From Thiohalomonadaceae bacterium (GTDB lineage: Bacteria > Pseudomonadota > Gammaproteobacteria > Thiohalomonadales > Thiohalomonadaceae): a stretch of 64,000 nt of DNA. The stretch is taken from contig JBNKBG010000001.1 in assembly GCA_050287105.1 (NCBI GenBank), forward strand, positions 1,546 to 65,545, given 5' to 3'. The stretch's first letter is position 1. Every line of letters begins with the position of its first letter. Position numbers and translations under genes: made by a program. This document shows, in pieces, positions 21,148 to 33,711 of this stretch. A model generated the notes under the pieces. It saw nothing but the letters and a program-made list of their open reading frames with translations, ran no database searches and had not been told where the DNA came from.

Positions 21148-22287
21148 TTAGTCAGCCTGACGGCGCAAAAATGCTGGAATATCAAGATATTCCATGCCCT
21201 TATCGCCCTGCTTCTGTATGACCTCACTATCTACCGCCTTGTTCCGCAAAACGGTCGGTCGGTCATAATCCACATCCTGCTTCTGTTTATTAACTACCAA
21301 TTTGACCGGCTGTTCTGCGACCGACTCCGCACCCCGGCCAAGTCCCGTGGCGACAACTGTGACGCGCAACTCATCATGCATCTCTGGGTCAATCACGGTA
21401 CCCACAACCACAGTTGCGTTGTCAGAGGCGAACCCTTTGATGGTATTACCCACCTCTTCGAACTCACCGATAGCCATGTCCAGGCCGGCAGTCACATTGA
21501 CCAGGATGCCGCGTGCGCCGGAAAGGTCCACATCTTCCAGCAGCGGGCTGGCAACCGCACTTTCAGCCGCTTCGCGGGCTCGATCCTCACCTGACGCAAC
21601 GCCGGTTCCCATCATTGCCATACCCATCTCTGACATAACGGTGCGTACGTCGGCAAAGTCGACGTTAATCAGGCCAGGGCGAGTGATCAATTCTGCAATG
21701 CCCTGCACCGCACCAAGAAGCACATTATTGGCAGCCTTAAATGCATCCAGCAGAGTTACCTGCTTACCCAGTACGGTCAGCAGTTTCTCGTTAGGAATGG
21801 TAATCAGCGAATCGACATACTTCTTCAACTCGGCAATCCCATCCTCGGCCGCGCTCATCCGCTTGTTACCTTCGAAGGGGAATGGCTTGGTCACTACGGC
21901 AACGGTAAGGATTCCCATCTCCTTGGCCACCTGGGCAACAATGGGAGCACCACCAGTGCCGGTACCACCGCCCATGCCCGCAGTAATGAAGACCATGTCC
22001 GCACCAGCAAGCGCCTCTTCGATGCGATCCCGATCCTCCATCGCCGCCTGACGGCCAATATCCGGATTGGCGCCAGCTCCGAGACCCTTGGTGATATGGG
22101 TGCCGATCTGGATCAGCGTCTTACTGGACGCACGCTCCAGAGCCTGGGCATCGGTGTTGGCGCAGATAAAATCGACGCCTTCAATCGATGCGCAGACCAT
22201 ATGCTCGACCGCGTTACCACCGCCGCCGCCAATACCCACGACCTTGATGACCGCGCTTTGACCTCTACTATCCATCAGTTCAAACAT
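21148..22287 (-). CDS. ftsZ: cell division GTPase FtsZ
   Basis: GGGGGNAV and [12 protein letters not shown] tubulin signatures. Confidence 0.98.
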   Translation of the reverse strand: MFELMDSRGQSAVIKVVGIGGGGGNAVEHMVCASIEGVDFICANTDAQALERASSKTLIQIGTHITKGLGAGANPDIGRQAAMEDRDRIEEALAGADMVFITAGMGGGTGTGGAPIVAQVAKEMGILTVAVVTKPFPFEGNKRMSAAEDGIAELKKYVDSLITIPNEKLLTVLGKQVTLLDAFKAANNVLLGAVQGIAELITRPGLINVDFADVRTVMSEMGMAMMGTGVASGEDRAREAAESAVASPLLEDVDLSGARGILVNVTAGLDMAIGEFEEVGNTIKGFASDNATVVVGTVIDPEMHDELRVTVVATGLGRGAESVAEQPVKLVVNKQKQDVDYDRPTVLRNKAVDSEVIQKQGDKGMEYLDIPAFLRRQAD

Positions 22288-22335
22288 GCCACACCTCCTC
22301 GCTTACCGACGGGTCACCCCGCCAACAAAAGTTAT

Positions 22336-23571
22336 TTAGAAATTACCCTGAAACCAGCTCTTCATTCGTTGCATCACGCTTTTCATTCCGCCCGCCCCGC
22401 CGAGTTCACTCAGCCCCTGGCCGCGATTGTGCTGACCGAACAGCAACAGACCGACCCCGGTGGCGTAAATAGGATTGCGTACCACATCGACCAGGCCACT
22501 GACCCCCTGCGGTACACCCAGGCGCACCGGCATATGGAAGATCTCCTCGGCCAGATCGACAGCGCCCTCCATCTTTGAGGTACCGCCGGTGAGCACGATG
22601 CCCGCGGCGCAGATATCCTCGAAGCCGCTACGCCGCAGTTCCGCCTGAACCAGGGTGAACAGCTCCTCGTATCGGGGCTCAACGACCTCGGCCAGGGTTT
22701 GCCGCGCCAGGCGGCGTGGTGGACGCTCGCCTACGCTGGGCACTTCGATGGTCTCGTCCGCATTGGCCAGCTGAGTCAGGGCACAGGCGTACTTGATCTT
22801 GATGTCTTCGGCGTTCTGGGTCGGGGTGCGCATCGCCACGGCGATGTCATTGGTCACCTGATCCCCGGCGATAGGAATCACCGCGGTATGACGGATTGCC
22901 CCTTCGCTGAACACCGCAATATCGGTGGTACCACCGCCGATATCGACCAGACAGACACCCAATTCCTTCTCGTCTTCACTCAACACCGCATAACTGGAAG
23001 CCAGTTGTTCCAGAATGATGTCGTCCACATCAAGGCCGCAGCGACGTACACACTTGATGATGTTCTGGGCCGCGCTGACCGCACCGGTAACCAGATGCAC
23101 CTTGGCTTCAAGACGCACACCAGACATGCCCACCGGCTCCCGGATCCCTTCCTGATTGTCGATAATGAATTCCTGCGGCAGTACGTGCAGGATTTGCTGG
23201 TCAGCGGGAATAGCCACAGCGCGCGCCGCATCGATCACCCGATCCACATCACTATGAGTCACCTCCTTCTCACGGATGGCGACAATGCCGTGGGAGTTAA
23301 TGCTCTTGATATGGCTACCGGCGATCCCCGCGTAGACCGAGTGGATTTGGCAACCCGCCATCAACTCCGCCTCTTCCACCGCACGCTGGATCGACTGCAC
23401 CGTCGACTCGATATTGACCACCACCCCCTTCTTCAGACCACGCGATGGGTGTGAACCGATACCGATGATGTCGACTCCGCTTTCATCATTCATTTCACCG
23501 ACAATCGCCACCACCTTGGAGGTGCCGATATCGAGGGCGACAATTAATCTCTTTTCCAGTTTTTTCGACAT
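22336..23571 (-). CDS. ftsA: cell division protein FtsA
   Basis: 411 aa, actin-like (LDIGTSKV, DIGGGTTD). Confidence 0.97.
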   Translation of the reverse strand: MSKKLEKRLIVALDIGTSKVVAIVGEMNDESGVDIIGIGSHPSRGLKKGVVVNIESTVQSIQRAVEEAELMAGCQIHSVYAGIAGSHIKSINSHGIVAIREKEVTHSDVDRVIDAARAVAIPADQQILHVLPQEFIIDNQEGIREPVGMSGVRLEAKVHLVTGAVSAAQNIIKCVRRCGLDVDDIILEQLASSYAVLSEDEKELGVCLVDIGGGTTDIAVFSEGAIRHTAVIPIAGDQVTNDIAVAMRTPTQNAEDIKIKYACALTQLANADETIEVPSVGERPPRRLARQTLAEVVEPRYEELFTLVQAELRRSGFEDICAAGIVLTGGTSKMEGAVDLAEEIFHMPVRLGVPQGVSGLVDVVRNPIYATGVGLLLFGQHNRGQGLSELGGAGGMKSVMQRMKSWFQGNF

Positions 23572-23589
23572 TTCCTCATTCCCTCCGGG

Positions 23590-24348
23590 CTAAGCCGCGG
23601 CCTGTTCACCTTCACGCCAGCGGACGGCAAAGCCGTTGGTATAACGCAAATCGACGCTATCTATCTTTTTCAGTTTTGCCTTCAACACCTGAGCAAAAAC
23701 ACGCACAAACCTTAACAATCTCGTATGCATATCCCTGCGTCCCAGACGCAGCAGCAGACCATCCTCGAAATTCAGACTCCAGGCACGACGCTCATTCATG
23801 GTCAGGTGCGAAATCCGCAGACCTAACGGCGCCAACATTCCCTGCATCGCCTGATACTCCTTCATCAACACCTTCTCGCTTTGCGCCGGTCCTCGCAGCA
23901 GCGGCAGGGAATCCCACTGCTGCATATCTGCCGGTACAAACACCTCACCCTGCGCATTCAGCAAACCACCGTTGCTCCAGCGGGCAACCGCTTTCTGTTC
24001 AGTCACCCTCACCACCAGCAGGTCCGGCCACTCACGTCGTACCGAGGCCGACGCCACCCAGGGCAACGCCTCTAACTCCTTGCAAATCACTTCCACATCA
24101 ACGGCCATGAAACCGTCCGTGACATGCGGCCGCACCGCATTGCGTATGTCGTCCTGAGTCAACTGCTTCAGCGAACTCTCGATGCGAATGGTCGTCAGCG
24201 GCAGGGTTGTCGGATCGACCAACTGTTGTAATAACCAGTAGCCAACGGCGACCACGGCGATAACCGGCAATAGTGCCAGAGGCCATCGCGGCAGGGGCTT
24301 GCGCACTTTCACCCCTCTGCGGGTTGCACCTTTAGCCGGCTTTGCCAT
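23590..24348 (-). CDS. ftsQ: cell division protein FtsQ
   Basis: POTRA plus FtsQ domain with one TM helix. Start chosen at ATG 24348 (MAKPAKG); the track ORF opens at 24414. Confidence 0.85.
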   Translation of the reverse strand: MAKPAKGATRRGVKVRKPLPRWPLALLPVIAVVAVGYWLLQQLVDPTTLPLTTIRIESSLKQLTQDDIRNAVRPHVTDGFMAVDVEVICKELEALPWVASASVRREWPDLLVVRVTEQKAVARWSNGGLLNAQGEVFVPADMQQWDSLPLLRGPAQSEKVLMKEYQAMQGMLAPLGLRISHLTMNERRAWSLNFEDGLLLRLGRRDMHTRLLRFVRVFAQVLKAKLKKIDSVDLRYTNGFAVRWREGEQAAA

Positions 24349-25282
24349 GCGCCTCCCCCATGCTCCCTTCGAGGATCCGCCAGACCAGATCCTCAATCCC
24401 GATCCCGGCAACACGTGCCGCCATCGGTACCAGACTGTGATCGGTCATACCCGGCAGGGTGTTAGCCTCCAGCAGGTAAGCCTTGCCCTGCTCATCAAGC
24501 AAAATGTCGATACGCCCCCAACCGCGGCAACCCAGGGCAGCAAAGGCATTGAGCGCCAACTGCTGCATCTCCCGGGTTTTCTCCTCGCCAAGATCAGCAG
24601 GACAAAGGTATTCGGTTTCGTCACCCAGATATTTGGCCTCGTAGTCGTAGAACTCCGCCTTAGGCACGATCTTCACCACTGGCAACGCCTCGCCATCAAG
24701 GATCGCCACGGTGTACTCACCACCACCGAGGTACTGCTCAGCCAGCACCAGGGAATCGTGTTGCGCCGCCCTGGTGTAGGCCGCCGCCAGTTCACCTGGC
24801 TTCGTCACCTTGCTGATGCCCACGCTGGAACCTTCCCGCGCCGGTTTAACGAACAGCGGCAGGCCAAGCTGTTTTTCCACCGCAGCCAGATCGCTCTTCT
24901 CATCCAGAACCACACAGGCCGGTACCGGCAACTCGAGACTCTGCCACAGCAATTTGCAGCGCCACTTATCCATACCCAGTGCCGATGCCAGCACGCCGCT
25001 ACCGGTATAGGGCACACTCAGCAGTTCCAACGCCCCCTGCATAGTGCCGTCCTCACCGCCGCGACCATGCAGCATGATGAAGCAGCGATCGAAACCACCC
25101 GCCTGTAACTGCTGCAATACATCGCTGCCGACGTCGACAGGATGGACATCCACGCCTCTTGCCTGCAGCGCCGCCAACACCGTCGCGCCGCTCTTCAACG
25201 ACACCTCGCGCTCGGCGGAGGTACCGCCCAACAGCAGGGCCACCTTGCCGAATTGCGCCGGGTCGGTGATAGCTGATCTCAT
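24332..25282 (-). CDS. ddl: D-alanine--D-alanine ligase
   Basis: 316 aa, ATP-grasp fold, with [11 protein letters not shown] and [10 protein letters not shown] motifs. Confidence 0.95.
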   Translation of the reverse strand: MRSAITDPAQFGKVALLLGGTSAEREVSLKSGATVLAALQARGVDVHPVDVGSDVLQQLQAGGFDRCFIMLHGRGGEDGTMQGALELLSVPYTGSGVLASALGMDKWRCKLLWQSLELPVPACVVLDEKSDLAAVEKQLGLPLFVKPAREGSSVGISKVTKPGELAAAYTRAAQHDSLVLAEQYLGGGEYTVAILDGEALPVVKIVPKAEFYDYEAKYLGDETEYLCPADLGEEKTREMQQLALNAFAALGCRGWGRIDILLDEQGKAYLLEANTLPGMTDHSLVPMAARVAGIGIEDLVWRILEGSMGEAHGKAG

Positions 25283-26190
25283 GCTGCGCTCCCCGTTCTT
25301 TCACCGATGATGTGCACTTCGCGCTGCAGACGAATGCCGTGCTTATGTTCCACTTCGTTCTGTACCAGATCGATCAAGGCTTCGATCTCGGTCGCCGTTG
25401 CGTTACCGCTGTTGACGATAAAGTTGGCGTGTTTTTCCGAGACACAGGCGCCGCCGATGCAGCGTCCTTTCAAACCGGCGCTATCGATCAGACGTGCCGC
25501 ATAATCCCCTTCCGGATTGCGGAACACGGATCCGGCATTGGGTAGTCGGGTCGGCTGACTCGCACCGCGTATTTCCAGCAACTCCCGTATACGACTCTGT
25601 AACTGCTCGGGATCGCCCGGTGCCATTTTCATCTGCGCGGCAACAAACCACTCACCTAGCGGAGCCTCCACATGGCGATAACCGACGCGATATTCGCTCG
25701 GACTGCGGGTACGCAACACGCCCATGTGATCCACAGTTTCCAGCTGTTCCACCAGTTGCCAGGTCTCGCTGCCGAAACAACCGGCATTCATGCGTAACGC
25801 GCCGCCCATAGTGCCGGGGATACCACAAAGAAATTCAGCACCCGCCAGACCCTCACGGGCACAGAAACGGGCAACCAGGGCACAGGAGACACCGCTCTCG
25901 ACCCGTATCCGGTTTTCATCCAGCCGGGTCATCTCATTCAATACACCACTGGTGGCGATCACCGTGCCGCCGACACCGCTCTCACGCACCAGCAGATTGC
26001 TACCGAGACCGATCCAGTAGAGCGGTTCGTCTTCCGGTAGACGCCGAATAAATTCCACCAGATCATCCAGATCGGCAGGACGGTAGTAACGTCGTGCAGG
26101 ACCACCGACACGCCAAGTGGTGTGACGCGACATCGGTTCGTTCTCTCTCAACTCACCGCGCAACGGTTGTATCTTGCGCATGGTCATCAT
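25279..26190 (-). CDS. murB: UDP-N-acetylenolpyruvoylglucosamine reductase
   Basis: 303 aa with GLGSNLL and AGSVFRNP motifs. ATGA coupling with its neighbours. Confidence 0.95.
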   Translation of the reverse strand: MMTMRKIQPLRGELRENEPMSRHTTWRVGGPARRYYRPADLDDLVEFIRRLPEDEPLYWIGLGSNLLVRESGVGGTVIATSGVLNEMTRLDENRIRVESGVSCALVARFCAREGLAGAEFLCGIPGTMGGALRMNAGCFGSETWQLVEQLETVDHMGVLRTRSPSEYRVGYRHVEAPLGEWFVAAQMKMAPGDPEQLQSRIRELLEIRGASQPTRLPNAGSVFRNPEGDYAARLIDSAGLKGRCIGGACVSEKHANFIVNSGNATATEIEALIDLVQNEVEHKHGIRLQREVHIIGERTGSAA

Positions 26191-27623
26191 GCGGAACCCT
26201 CCAGTTCGACCGGCAGGCGCTGGGCAATCGCACCAATGTCGCCTGCTCCCATGGTCAACAACACATCACCTTCCTGCAGCACACCGTTGAGGGTCTCGAC
26301 CAGTTCGCCGTGCTCACTGATAAAGACCGGGTCGACCTTGCCGCGGGCGCGAATCGCACGACACAGGGTACGGCTGTCGGCACCGGGTACCGGCTCCTCA
26401 CCCGCCGCATAGACCTCCAGCACCAGCAGCGCATCGGGCTCGGAGAGCACCTCGGTAAAATCCTCGAAGAGATCACGGGTGCGGCTGTAACGGTGCGGCT
26501 GGAACAGCACCACCAGACGACGATCCGGCCAGGCACCACGCGCCGCCGCCAGGGTGGCCGCCACTTCCCGCGGGTGGTGACCGTAGTCGTCCACCAGCGT
26601 CACCCTGCCGTTGCGGGTTTCGACCTCGCCACCGATCTGGAAGCGACGCCCGATGCCCTGGAACTTGTCCAGCGCCGCGATGATCGCCTCATCACTGATC
26701 CCCAGATCGCTGGCCACGGCAATGGCCGCTAGAGCGTTGAGCACGTTGTGCCGCCCCGGCATGTTGAGGGTGACCTGCAGTCTCTTTTCCATCCCGACAC
26801 GGGAAACGGAAAAGCGGGTGCGAAGACCCTCGTAATGGATCTCGGTAGCGCGGATATCCGCCTCTTCGCTGATGCCGTAGGTCACAACCCGACGGGTGAC
26901 GCTGGGCAAAATGTTGCGCACCTCTTCATCATCCAGGCAAAGCACCGCCAGCCCATAGAAGGGGAGGTTGTGCAGGAATTCGATAAAGGTCTGACGCAGG
27001 CGGTTGAAGTCCCCGCCATAGGTGGCCATGTGATCCGCATCGATGTTGGTGACGATCGCGGTCATCGGTTGCAGGTGGAGGAACGAGGCATCGCTCTCAT
27101 CCGCCTCGGCGACCAGGAAGTGTCCACCGCCAAGGCGGGCGTTGGTACCGGCGCTGTTGAGACGGCCACCGATGACAAAGGTCGGGTCGAGCCCACCCTC
27201 GGCCATTAAACTGGCGGTCAGGCTGGTGGTAGTGGTCTTGCCGTGGGTACCGGCAACCGCGATACCGTGACGGAAGCGCATCAGCTCCGCCAGCATCTCG
27301 GCACGAGGTACCACCGGAATGCGCGCCTCGCGTGCCGCCTGTACTTCAGGGTTGCTCTCCTTCACTGCCGAGGAGATCACCACCACGTCACAGCCTTCGA
27401 TATTCTCAGCCGCGTGGCCGATGTGGACCACTGCACCCGCCTCCGCCAGATGGCGAGTCACCGGGTTCTGTTTCAGGTCGGAGCCACTCACCGCATAACC
27501 AAGATTGAGCAACACCTCGGCAATACCACCCATGCCGGAGCCGCCGATACCCACCATATAGATATGGCGGATGCGCCCCATGACGTTCTTACCCGCTAAT
27601 TCCACCGGGGTACCCTTGATCAT
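26187..27623 (-). CDS. murC: UDP-N-acetylmuramate--L-alanine ligase
   Basis: 478 aa with [12 protein letters not shown] and [10 protein letters not shown] motifs. Confidence 0.95.
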   Translation of the reverse strand: MIKGTPVELAGKNVMGRIRHIYMVGIGGSGMGGIAEVLLNLGYAVSGSDLKQNPVTRHLAEAGAVVHIGHAAENIEGCDVVVISSAVKESNPEVQAAREARIPVVPRAEMLAELMRFRHGIAVAGTHGKTTTTSLTASLMAEGGLDPTFVIGGRLNSAGTNARLGGGHFLVAEADESDASFLHLQPMTAIVTNIDADHMATYGGDFNRLRQTFIEFLHNLPFYGLAVLCLDDEEVRNILPSVTRRVVTYGISEEADIRATEIHYEGLRTRFSVSRVGMEKRLQVTLNMPGRHNVLNALAAIAVASDLGISDEAIIAALDKFQGIGRRFQIGGEVETRNGRVTLVDDYGHHPREVAATLAAARGAWPDRRLVVLFQPHRYSRTRDLFEDFTEVLSEPDALLVLEVYAAGEEPVPGADSRTLCRAIRARGKVDPVFISEHGELVETLNGVLQEGDVLLTMGAGDIGAIAQRLPVELEGSA

Positions 27624-28723
27624 GCCGCTCTCTCCTCGATGGCCGCCTCAAGACAGGCCGTCACTACATCGTTGGTCGCTTCAGGACGGGCCAGCTTGCG
27701 CGCCCTGTTAGCCATCGCGCACAGCTTCTCCCGTCCCCTTGCCGGTTCGGCGCAGAATTCGCGCAACATCCCGGCCAGTTTCTCCTCATCCAATGTGCTC
27801 TGTTGCACCAGTAGTGCGGCACCCTCGTCGGCCAGGTAACGGCCATTGGCGCTCTGATGGTCATCCACCGCAAAGGGGAACGGCACCAGCACAGCGGGCA
27901 CGCCGGCAATCGCCAGTTCGCTCACAGTCAACGCACCGGAGCGACACAGCACCAGATCGGCCCACTCATACATCGCCGCCATATCGTCGATAAAGGGCAA
28001 CAACTCCGCGCTCACCCCCGCCTCGGCATAACTCGCCTCGGTGGTCTGCAGATGCTTCTTTCCGGTCTGGTGGCGCACCTGCGGCCGAATGGCCTCGGGC
28101 AGCAGCGCCAGCGCCTTCGGCAAAGTCTGGTTAAACACCATCGCACCAAGAGAGCCGCCGAGAACGAAAAGGCGAATCGGCCCGTTGTGTTCGGCATAGC
28201 GGGCATCCGGCTCCGCCACCTGCATGATGTCGCTGCGCACCGGGTTGCCAGTGAAGCGCACATGACCGCCGCTGAAGGTATCGGGGAAGGCCTCCAGCAC
28301 CGTCAGCGCAAGATGGGAGAGCAGGCGATTGGTTAAACCGGCGATGGCGTTCTGTTCGTGGATCACCAGCGGCCGCCCGGAGAGACGGGCGGCGACACCG
28401 CCGGGGCCAGTGACGAAACCGCCCATCCCCAGCACCAGTGCCGGACGACGACGACGCAGGACAGAAAGTGCCTGAAACAGCGCCACACTGAGTCGCCACG
28501 GTGCCAGTAACCAACCAGCCAGACCCTTGCCACGCAATCCGGCGATGCTGATGTAGTCGATGGGAAATCCGGCCTGTGGCACCAGTTCCGCCTCCAGACC
28601 ACGCTGGGTACCGAGCCAGCTCACCTCGTGACCACGCTGGCGCAGTTCACGCGCCACTGCCAGCGCCGGGAAGACATGTCCGCCGGTGCCGCCCGCCATG
28701 ATCAGGATGCGTAGTCCGCTCAT
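27620..28723 (-). CDS. murG: undecaprenyldiphospho-muramoylpentapeptide beta-N-acetylglucosaminyltransferase
   Basis: [24 protein letters not shown]. Start at ATG 28723, overlapping the ftsW TGA (ATGA). Confidence 0.95.
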   Translation of the reverse strand: MSGLRILIMAGGTGGHVFPALAVARELRQRGHEVSWLGTQRGLEAELVPQAGFPIDYISIAGLRGKGLAGWLLAPWRLSVALFQALSVLRRRRPALVLGMGGFVTGPGGVAARLSGRPLVIHEQNAIAGLTNRLLSHLALTVLEAFPDTFSGGHVRFTGNPVRSDIMQVAEPDARYAEHNGPIRLFVLGGSLGAMVFNQTLPKALALLPEAIRPQVRHQTGKKHLQTTEASYAEAGVSAELLPFIDDMAAMYEWADLVLCRSGALTVSELAIAGVPAVLVPFPFAVDDHQSANGRYLADEGAALLVQQSTLDEEKLAGMLREFCAEPARGREKLCAMANRARKLARPEATNDVVTACLEAAIEERAA

Positions 28724-29898
28724 GCCCGCACCCTCCTTACCGCGCCCGCGTGTTGCGGGGTCTCCAGTGCCACTCGCTGCACCAGTGCCAGAGCGACACA
28801 CATCACCAGCATACTGCTGCCGCCGTAGCTCATCAGCGGCAGGGTCAGCCCCTTGGTTGGCAGCAGGCCCATGTTTACACCCATATTGATAAAGGCCTGC
28901 AGGGCGAACATAAAACCGATGCCGTAGCAGAGGTAACCGGCGAAGGGCATACCCGCCACGTCAGCATTGCGTGCGATGCGAAAGATACGGCTCACAACCA
29001 CCACAAAGAGCATCACCACCAGACTGCCACCCACCATGCCCAGCTCTTCCACCAGCACGGCATAGACAAAATCGGTATGTGCCTCCGGCAGGTAGAACAG
29101 CTTCTGCACGCTGCCACCGAGCCCGACGCCAAACCACTCACCGCGACCGAAGGCGATCAACGCCTGGGTCAACTGGAAACCACTATTGAACGGATCGGCC
29201 CAGGGATTGAGGAAGGCGGTCAGGCGTTCCATTCGATAGGGGGCGGAGATCGCCAGCAACGCCACCGAGCCGATCGACATCATGATCAGCACCCCAAACA
29301 GCCACACCCGCACCCCACCGAGGAACATCATTCCCAGCACCGTGGCACCGAGGATCACCGCGGTACCGAAGTCAGGCTCGGCCAGCAGCAGGATCCCCAT
29401 CAGCAGCACCAGCGACATCGGCTTGAGGAACCCGGCGACGCTGTTGCGCACCTCGTCGCCACGGCGTACCAGATAACCGCCCAGATAGATGATCATCGCC
29501 AGCTTGGCCACTTCAGATACCTGCAGGGTGAACGGCCCCAGCGCCAGCCAGCGGGTACTGCCGTTGACCGTGCGGCCGATACCCGGCAGCAGCACCAGCA
29601 ACAGCAGCACGATGGAGACCAGCAACAGCACCGGCCCGCTACGCTCCCAGAACTGCAGTGGCAGTTGCCAGACAACCAGGGCCAGGGCGATACCCAGCCC
29701 CGCATAGAGTCCCTGACGCACGATGAAATAGGTGGGATCGCCGACACGACTGTCGGCAATAGTCACCGAGGCGGAGGCGATCATCACCAGGCCGAGCGCC
29801 AGCAGGGTTAGCGCCGCGATCAGCAGTGGCCAGTCAACGGCGCGGTTCTGCGTGCGTTTGGCCTCGTGGATAACGGGTAGGATCGCGGCCCAGCTCAT
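28720..29898 (-). CDS. ftsW: SEDS family peptidoglycan glycosyltransferase FtsW
   Basis: 392 aa, polytopic, with EAHTDF and PTKGLTLPLMSYGGSS motifs. Confidence 0.95.
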   Translation of the reverse strand: MSWAAILPVIHEAKRTQNRAVDWPLLIAALTLLALGLVMIASASVTIADSRVGDPTYFIVRQGLYAGLGIALALVVWQLPLQFWERSGPVLLLVSIVLLLLVLLPGIGRTVNGSTRWLALGPFTLQVSEVAKLAMIIYLGGYLVRRGDEVRNSVAGFLKPMSLVLLMGILLLAEPDFGTAVILGATVLGMMFLGGVRVWLFGVLIMMSIGSVALLAISAPYRMERLTAFLNPWADPFNSGFQLTQALIAFGRGEWFGVGLGGSVQKLFYLPEAHTDFVYAVLVEELGMVGGSLVVMLFVVVVSRIFRIARNADVAGMPFAGYLCYGIGFMFALQAFINMGVNMGLLPTKGLTLPLMSYGGSSMLVMCVALALVQRVALETPQHAGAVRRVRA

Positions 29899-31262
29899 GC
29901 CACCCTCCCCTTCACCGCGGCAACAAAGGCATCGCCCCGGGCGGCGTAATTACTGAACATATCGAAGCTGGCGCAGGCCGGTGAGAGCAGCACGCTATCG
30001 CCGGACTGGGCGGCCTTCGCCGCACGTTTCACCGCCTGCTTCATGTCTTTGGCGTGTTCGATAGGCGCCGCGCCTTCGATGGCCCGTTCGATCAGGGCGG
30101 CATCCTCGCCGATCAGCACCACCGCACGGGCACGCTCTGCCACCGCCTCACGCAGCGGCGCGAAATCCTGTCCCTTGCCCTGACCACCGGCGATCAGCAC
30201 CACCTTCTCACCGGGCATTCCGGCCAGCGCGGCCAGGGTGGCACCGACATTGGTGCCCTTGGAATCTTCGTAGTAATTCACGCCGTCGATCTCGGCGACC
30301 CACTGACAGCGGTGCGGCAGGCCGGGGAATTCACGCAGGGTTTGCAGCATGGCGGGCATTGCCAGTCCAGCGGCGTTACCGAGGGCCAGCGCCGCCAGGG
30401 CATTGGCCTGGTTGTGACGGCCCGGCATGCGCATTTCGCTGGCGGCCATCAGCGCTTCACTGCCACGGACCAGCCAGTCGACGCCGTCGATCCGGCGCAG
30501 GCCGAAATCGCTTTCTGTCGCCGGTTCGCCGAGACAGAAACGCACCACCTCACGATCGGGCAGCACCATCGCCGCCACCCGCGGATCGTCGGCATTGATC
30601 ACCATCACCCCGTCACCGGCGTAGATGCCGGATTTGATCGCGGCGTAGTTCTCCATGGTCAGGTGACGATCCAGGTGATCGTCGCTAAGGTTCAGCACCA
30701 CCGCGGCGCGGCAGTTGAGGGATCGAGTCACCTCCAACTGGAAGCTGGAGAGCTCCATTACATAAAGGTCCGGTGTCTCTTCATCCAGCAGTTCCAGCGC
30801 CGGGGTACCGATGTTGCCGCCGACCAGCACCTTCTTGCCCGCGGCACGGGCCATCTCGCCCAGCAGCGCGGTCACGGTGCTCTTGCCGTTGGAACCGGTG
30901 ATCGCCACGACCGGCGCCTGGGCCTGACGGGCAAACAGTTCGATATCTCCCAACACCTCGATCCCCGCCGCGGCGGCGGCGCTGATGGCCGGTTCCTGCG
31001 GGGCGACGCCGGGGCTGAGTAGCAATCGTGCCGCGTGGAGGAACAGATCTTCGTTGAACTCACCGAGCCACACCGACACCTGCGGAAACTCACGGCGCAG
31101 CTCTTCCAGACCCGGCGGATGGGCACGATTGTCGGCCACGGCGAACGGCTCGCCGAGCGCGGCAAGGAAACGGGCGCAGGCAAGCCCGGTCTGTCCCAGA
31201 CCGACCACCAGGGTTAACCCCTCAGCCGCGTTTGTCTTTGCCATGTTCATCGCCAGCGCCAT
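29895..31262 (-). CDS. murD: UDP-N-acetylmuramoylalanine--D-glutamate ligase
   Basis: 455 aa with ITGSNGKSTV. Position between mraY and ftsW. Confidence 0.95.
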   Translation of the reverse strand: MALAMNMAKTNAAEGLTLVVGLGQTGLACARFLAALGEPFAVADNRAHPPGLEELRREFPQVSVWLGEFNEDLFLHAARLLLSPGVAPQEPAISAAAAAGIEVLGDIELFARQAQAPVVAITGSNGKSTVTALLGEMARAAGKKVLVGGNIGTPALELLDEETPDLYVMELSSFQLEVTRSLNCRAAVVLNLSDDHLDRHLTMENYAAIKSGIYAGDGVMVINADDPRVAAMVLPDREVVRFCLGEPATESDFGLRRIDGVDWLVRGSEALMAASEMRMPGRHNQANALAALALGNAAGLAMPAMLQTLREFPGLPHRCQWVAEIDGVNYYEDSKGTNVGATLAALAGMPGEKVVLIAGGQGKGQDFAPLREAVAERARAVVLIGEDAALIERAIEGAAPIEHAKDMKQAVKRAAKAAQSGDSVLLSPACASFDMFSNYAARGDAFVAAVKGRVA

Positions 31263-31268
31263 CTCGCC

Positions 31269-32351
31269 TTAACGAAGCTTCAAAGTGGAAAGACCGATCA
31301 GCACCAGAATGACGGTGATGATCCAGAAACGGACAATGACCCGCGGTTCGGGCCAGCCCTTCAATTCAAAGTGGTGATGCAGCGGTGCCATGCGGAAGAT
31401 GCGCCGCCCGGTCAGCTTGAACGAGGCGACCTGCAGAATGACCGAGACGGTCTCCATGACGAAGACCCCGCCCATGATCAGCAGTACCAGTTCCTGGCGC
31501 ACCACCACCGCGATCACACCCAGCGCCGCGCCGAGACCCAGAGCGCCCACGTCGCCCATGAAGACCTGTGCCGGATAGGTGTTGAACCAGAGGAAACCGA
31601 GTCCGGCACCGACGATGGCGCCGCAGAAGATCACCACCTCGCCCACACCGGGGATGTAGGGAATGCCGAGATAACCGGCGAAATTGACGTTACCGGTGAG
31701 GTAGGCGAAGAGTCCCAGCGCACCGCCGACCATGACCGTCGGCAGGATCGCCAGACCGTCCAGGCCATCGGTCAGGTTGACCGCGTTGCTGGAGCCGACG
31801 ATGACGAAGTAGGTCAGCACCACGAACATCCCACCCATCGGCAACGCGACAGTCTTAAAGAAGGGTACGATCAGTTCCAGCTCAGACGGGACCTTGGCGG
31901 TATAGAAGAGGAAGAACGCTGCGCCGAGACCGACGATAGTCTGCAACAGATATTTATGTTTCGCCCGCAGCCCCTGCGACTGCTTCTTGATCAATTTTTT
32001 GTAGTCATCCATCCAGCCGATAGCACCGAACAGCAGGGTCACTGCCATCACCACCCAGATGTAGCGATTGGAGAGGTCGGCCCAAAGCAGCGTGCTGACG
32101 GCGATAGCGGCGAGGATCAACGCCCCGCCCATGGTCGGGGTACCCGCCTTGGAGAGGTGACTCTGCGGACCATCGTCGCGCACGAACTGGCCCACCTGGT
32201 GATGGCTCAATCTGCGGATGATGGTGGGCCCAAGCAGCAGCGAGATCGCCAATGCGCTGAGGGCACCAAGAATGGCGCGCAGGGTCAGATACTGGAATAC
32301 ATTGAATGCACTGTAGAACTGGCTCAGGTATTCAGTCAGATAGAGCAACAT
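31269..32351 (-). CDS. mraY: phospho-N-acetylmuramoyl-pentapeptide transferase
   Basis: MLLYLTEYL... start at ATG 32351, directly after the murF stop. Polytopic, with [13 protein letters not shown]. Confidence 0.95.
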   Translation of the reverse strand: MLLYLTEYLSQFYSAFNVFQYLTLRAILGALSALAISLLLGPTIIRRLSHHQVGQFVRDDGPQSHLSKAGTPTMGGALILAAIAVSTLLWADLSNRYIWVVMAVTLLFGAIGWMDDYKKLIKKQSQGLRAKHKYLLQTIVGLGAAFFLFYTAKVPSELELIVPFFKTVALPMGGMFVVLTYFVIVGSSNAVNLTDGLDGLAILPTVMVGGALGLFAYLTGNVNFAGYLGIPYIPGVGEVVIFCGAIVGAGLGFLWFNTYPAQVFMGDVGALGLGAALGVIAVVVRQELVLLIMGGVFVMETVSVILQVASFKLTGRRIFRMAPLHHHFELKGWPEPRVIVRFWIITVILVLIGLSTLKLR

Positions 32352-32352
32352 G

Positions 32353-33711
32353 TCAACCTTCCTCCCCGGAAGTGAGCGCCTCGACGACACGTTCCATGTG
32401 ACTGCTACGTGAACCTTTAACCAGCACAGTGATCTCCCTGTCCATCTTCGTTAGCAGCGCATCAATGAGTTGTTGTTGTTGTGCGAAGTAAAAACCGTTT
32501 TCACCAAAGGCCTCGCTCGCGGCGCTACTCAGCTCTCCGGTGGCATAGAGGGCGTCGATGCCCAGTTGCCGCGCATCCAGTCCCACCTTGCGGTGCAACT
32601 CACTCGCCTCAGCACCCAGCTCGCCCATATCGCCCATGGCAAAGAGGCGGGTACCGTCACAACCGGCCAGCACCTCCAACCCGGCGCGCATCGAGGCGGG
32701 GTTGGCGTTATAGCTGTCGTCGAGCACGATGGCGCCGTTGATGCCGTGGCGCAGTTGCAGCCGTCCGGCGACAGGGGTCATCTGATTCAGCCCCGCAGCG
32801 ATCTGCTCCAGCTCGATCCCCAGGGCGATCCCGGCGGAGACCGCCGCCAGGGCATTCAAAATGTTGTGCCGACCCGGCAACGGCAGGCTGAGTTGGAACT
32901 CACCCAGCGGAGTCAGTACTTCCAGCTCGCTGCCATGGAGATCGCCGAGGCCGCGTACCCCCACATTGGCCCTGTTTTTCAGGCCGAAGGTGATGCTGCG
33001 ATGACCTGCACTCAGTTCACCCCAGTACTCGGCGAAGGGGTCATCGGCGTTGATGATCGCCACCCCATCCTCGGCCAATCCCTGGAAGATCTCGCCCTTG
33101 GCCTGCGCCACCTCGGCGATGGTGCCGAAACCGGCCAGATGCGCCTCGGCCGCGTTGGTGATGATCGCCACCTGGGGCTGGGTCAGCCCGGTGAGATAGG
33201 CGATCTCACCCATATGATTGGCGCCCATCTCGATCACGCCGTAGTCGTGCTCCGCGGTCAGGCGCAACAGGGTCAGCGGTACGCCGATGTCGTTATTCAG
33301 GTTGCCGCGGGTTGCCAGGGTCTTGCCTGCACGGGCCAGGATCGCCGCGCACATCTCTTTCACCGTGGTTTTGCCGTTGCTGCCGGTCACCGCCAGCAGG
33401 TGGGTACCCAGATGCTGGCGCCAGGCAGCGGCCAGTTGGCCCAGCGCCAGGCGGGTGTCTTCGACGACCAGTTGCGGAATAGCAATCTCTACCGGGTGCT
33501 CCACCAGCGCCGCGGCGGCCCCGGCAGTGAGTGCTGCCTGCAGGTGGTCGTGACCATCGTGGTTCGGTCCCTTGAGGGCAACAAACAACATCCCCGCCTC
33601 GATGGTGCGGGTGTCGCTGCTGACGCCGTGGAATTCACGATCGCTACCGTGCAGTTCGGCACCGAGCCACTGGGCGGCCTGGGTCAGAGTGGTGCGAATG
33701 CCTTCAGCCAT
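32353..33711 (-). CDS. murF: UDP-N-acetylmuramoyl-tripeptide--D-alanyl-D-alanine ligase
   Basis: 452 aa with [13 protein letters not shown]. Confidence 0.95.
   Translation of the reverse strand: MAEGIRTTLTQAAQWLGAELHGSDREFHGVSSDTRTIEAGMLFVALKGPNHDGHDHLQAALTAGAAAALVEHPVEIAIPQLVVEDTRLALGQLAAAWRQHLGTHLLAVTGSNGKTTVKEMCAAILARAGKTLATRGNLNNDIGVPLTLLRLTAEHDYGVIEMGANHMGEIAYLTGLTQPQVAIITNAAEAHLAGFGTIAEVAQAKGEIFQGLAEDGVAIINADDPFAEYWGELSAGHRSITFGLKNRANVGVRGLGDLHGSELEVLTPLGEFQLSLPLPGRHNILNALAAVSAGIALGIELEQIAAGLNQMTPVAGRLQLRHGINGAIVLDDSYNANPASMRAGLEVLAGCDGTRLFAMGDMGELGAEASELHRKVGLDARQLGIDALYATGELSSAASEAFGENGFYFAQQQQLIDALLTKMDREITVLVKGSRSSHMERVVEALTSGEEG

Noticed and set aside
28750-29811. 353-aa plus-strand ORF rich in H/Q/R/D
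   Set aside because: It is antisense to ftsW and highly biased in composition. It is a shadow ORF. The same reasoning applies to 30054-31022, 31371-32375, 26094-26732, 22699-23454, 24299-25108 and 38018-38713.
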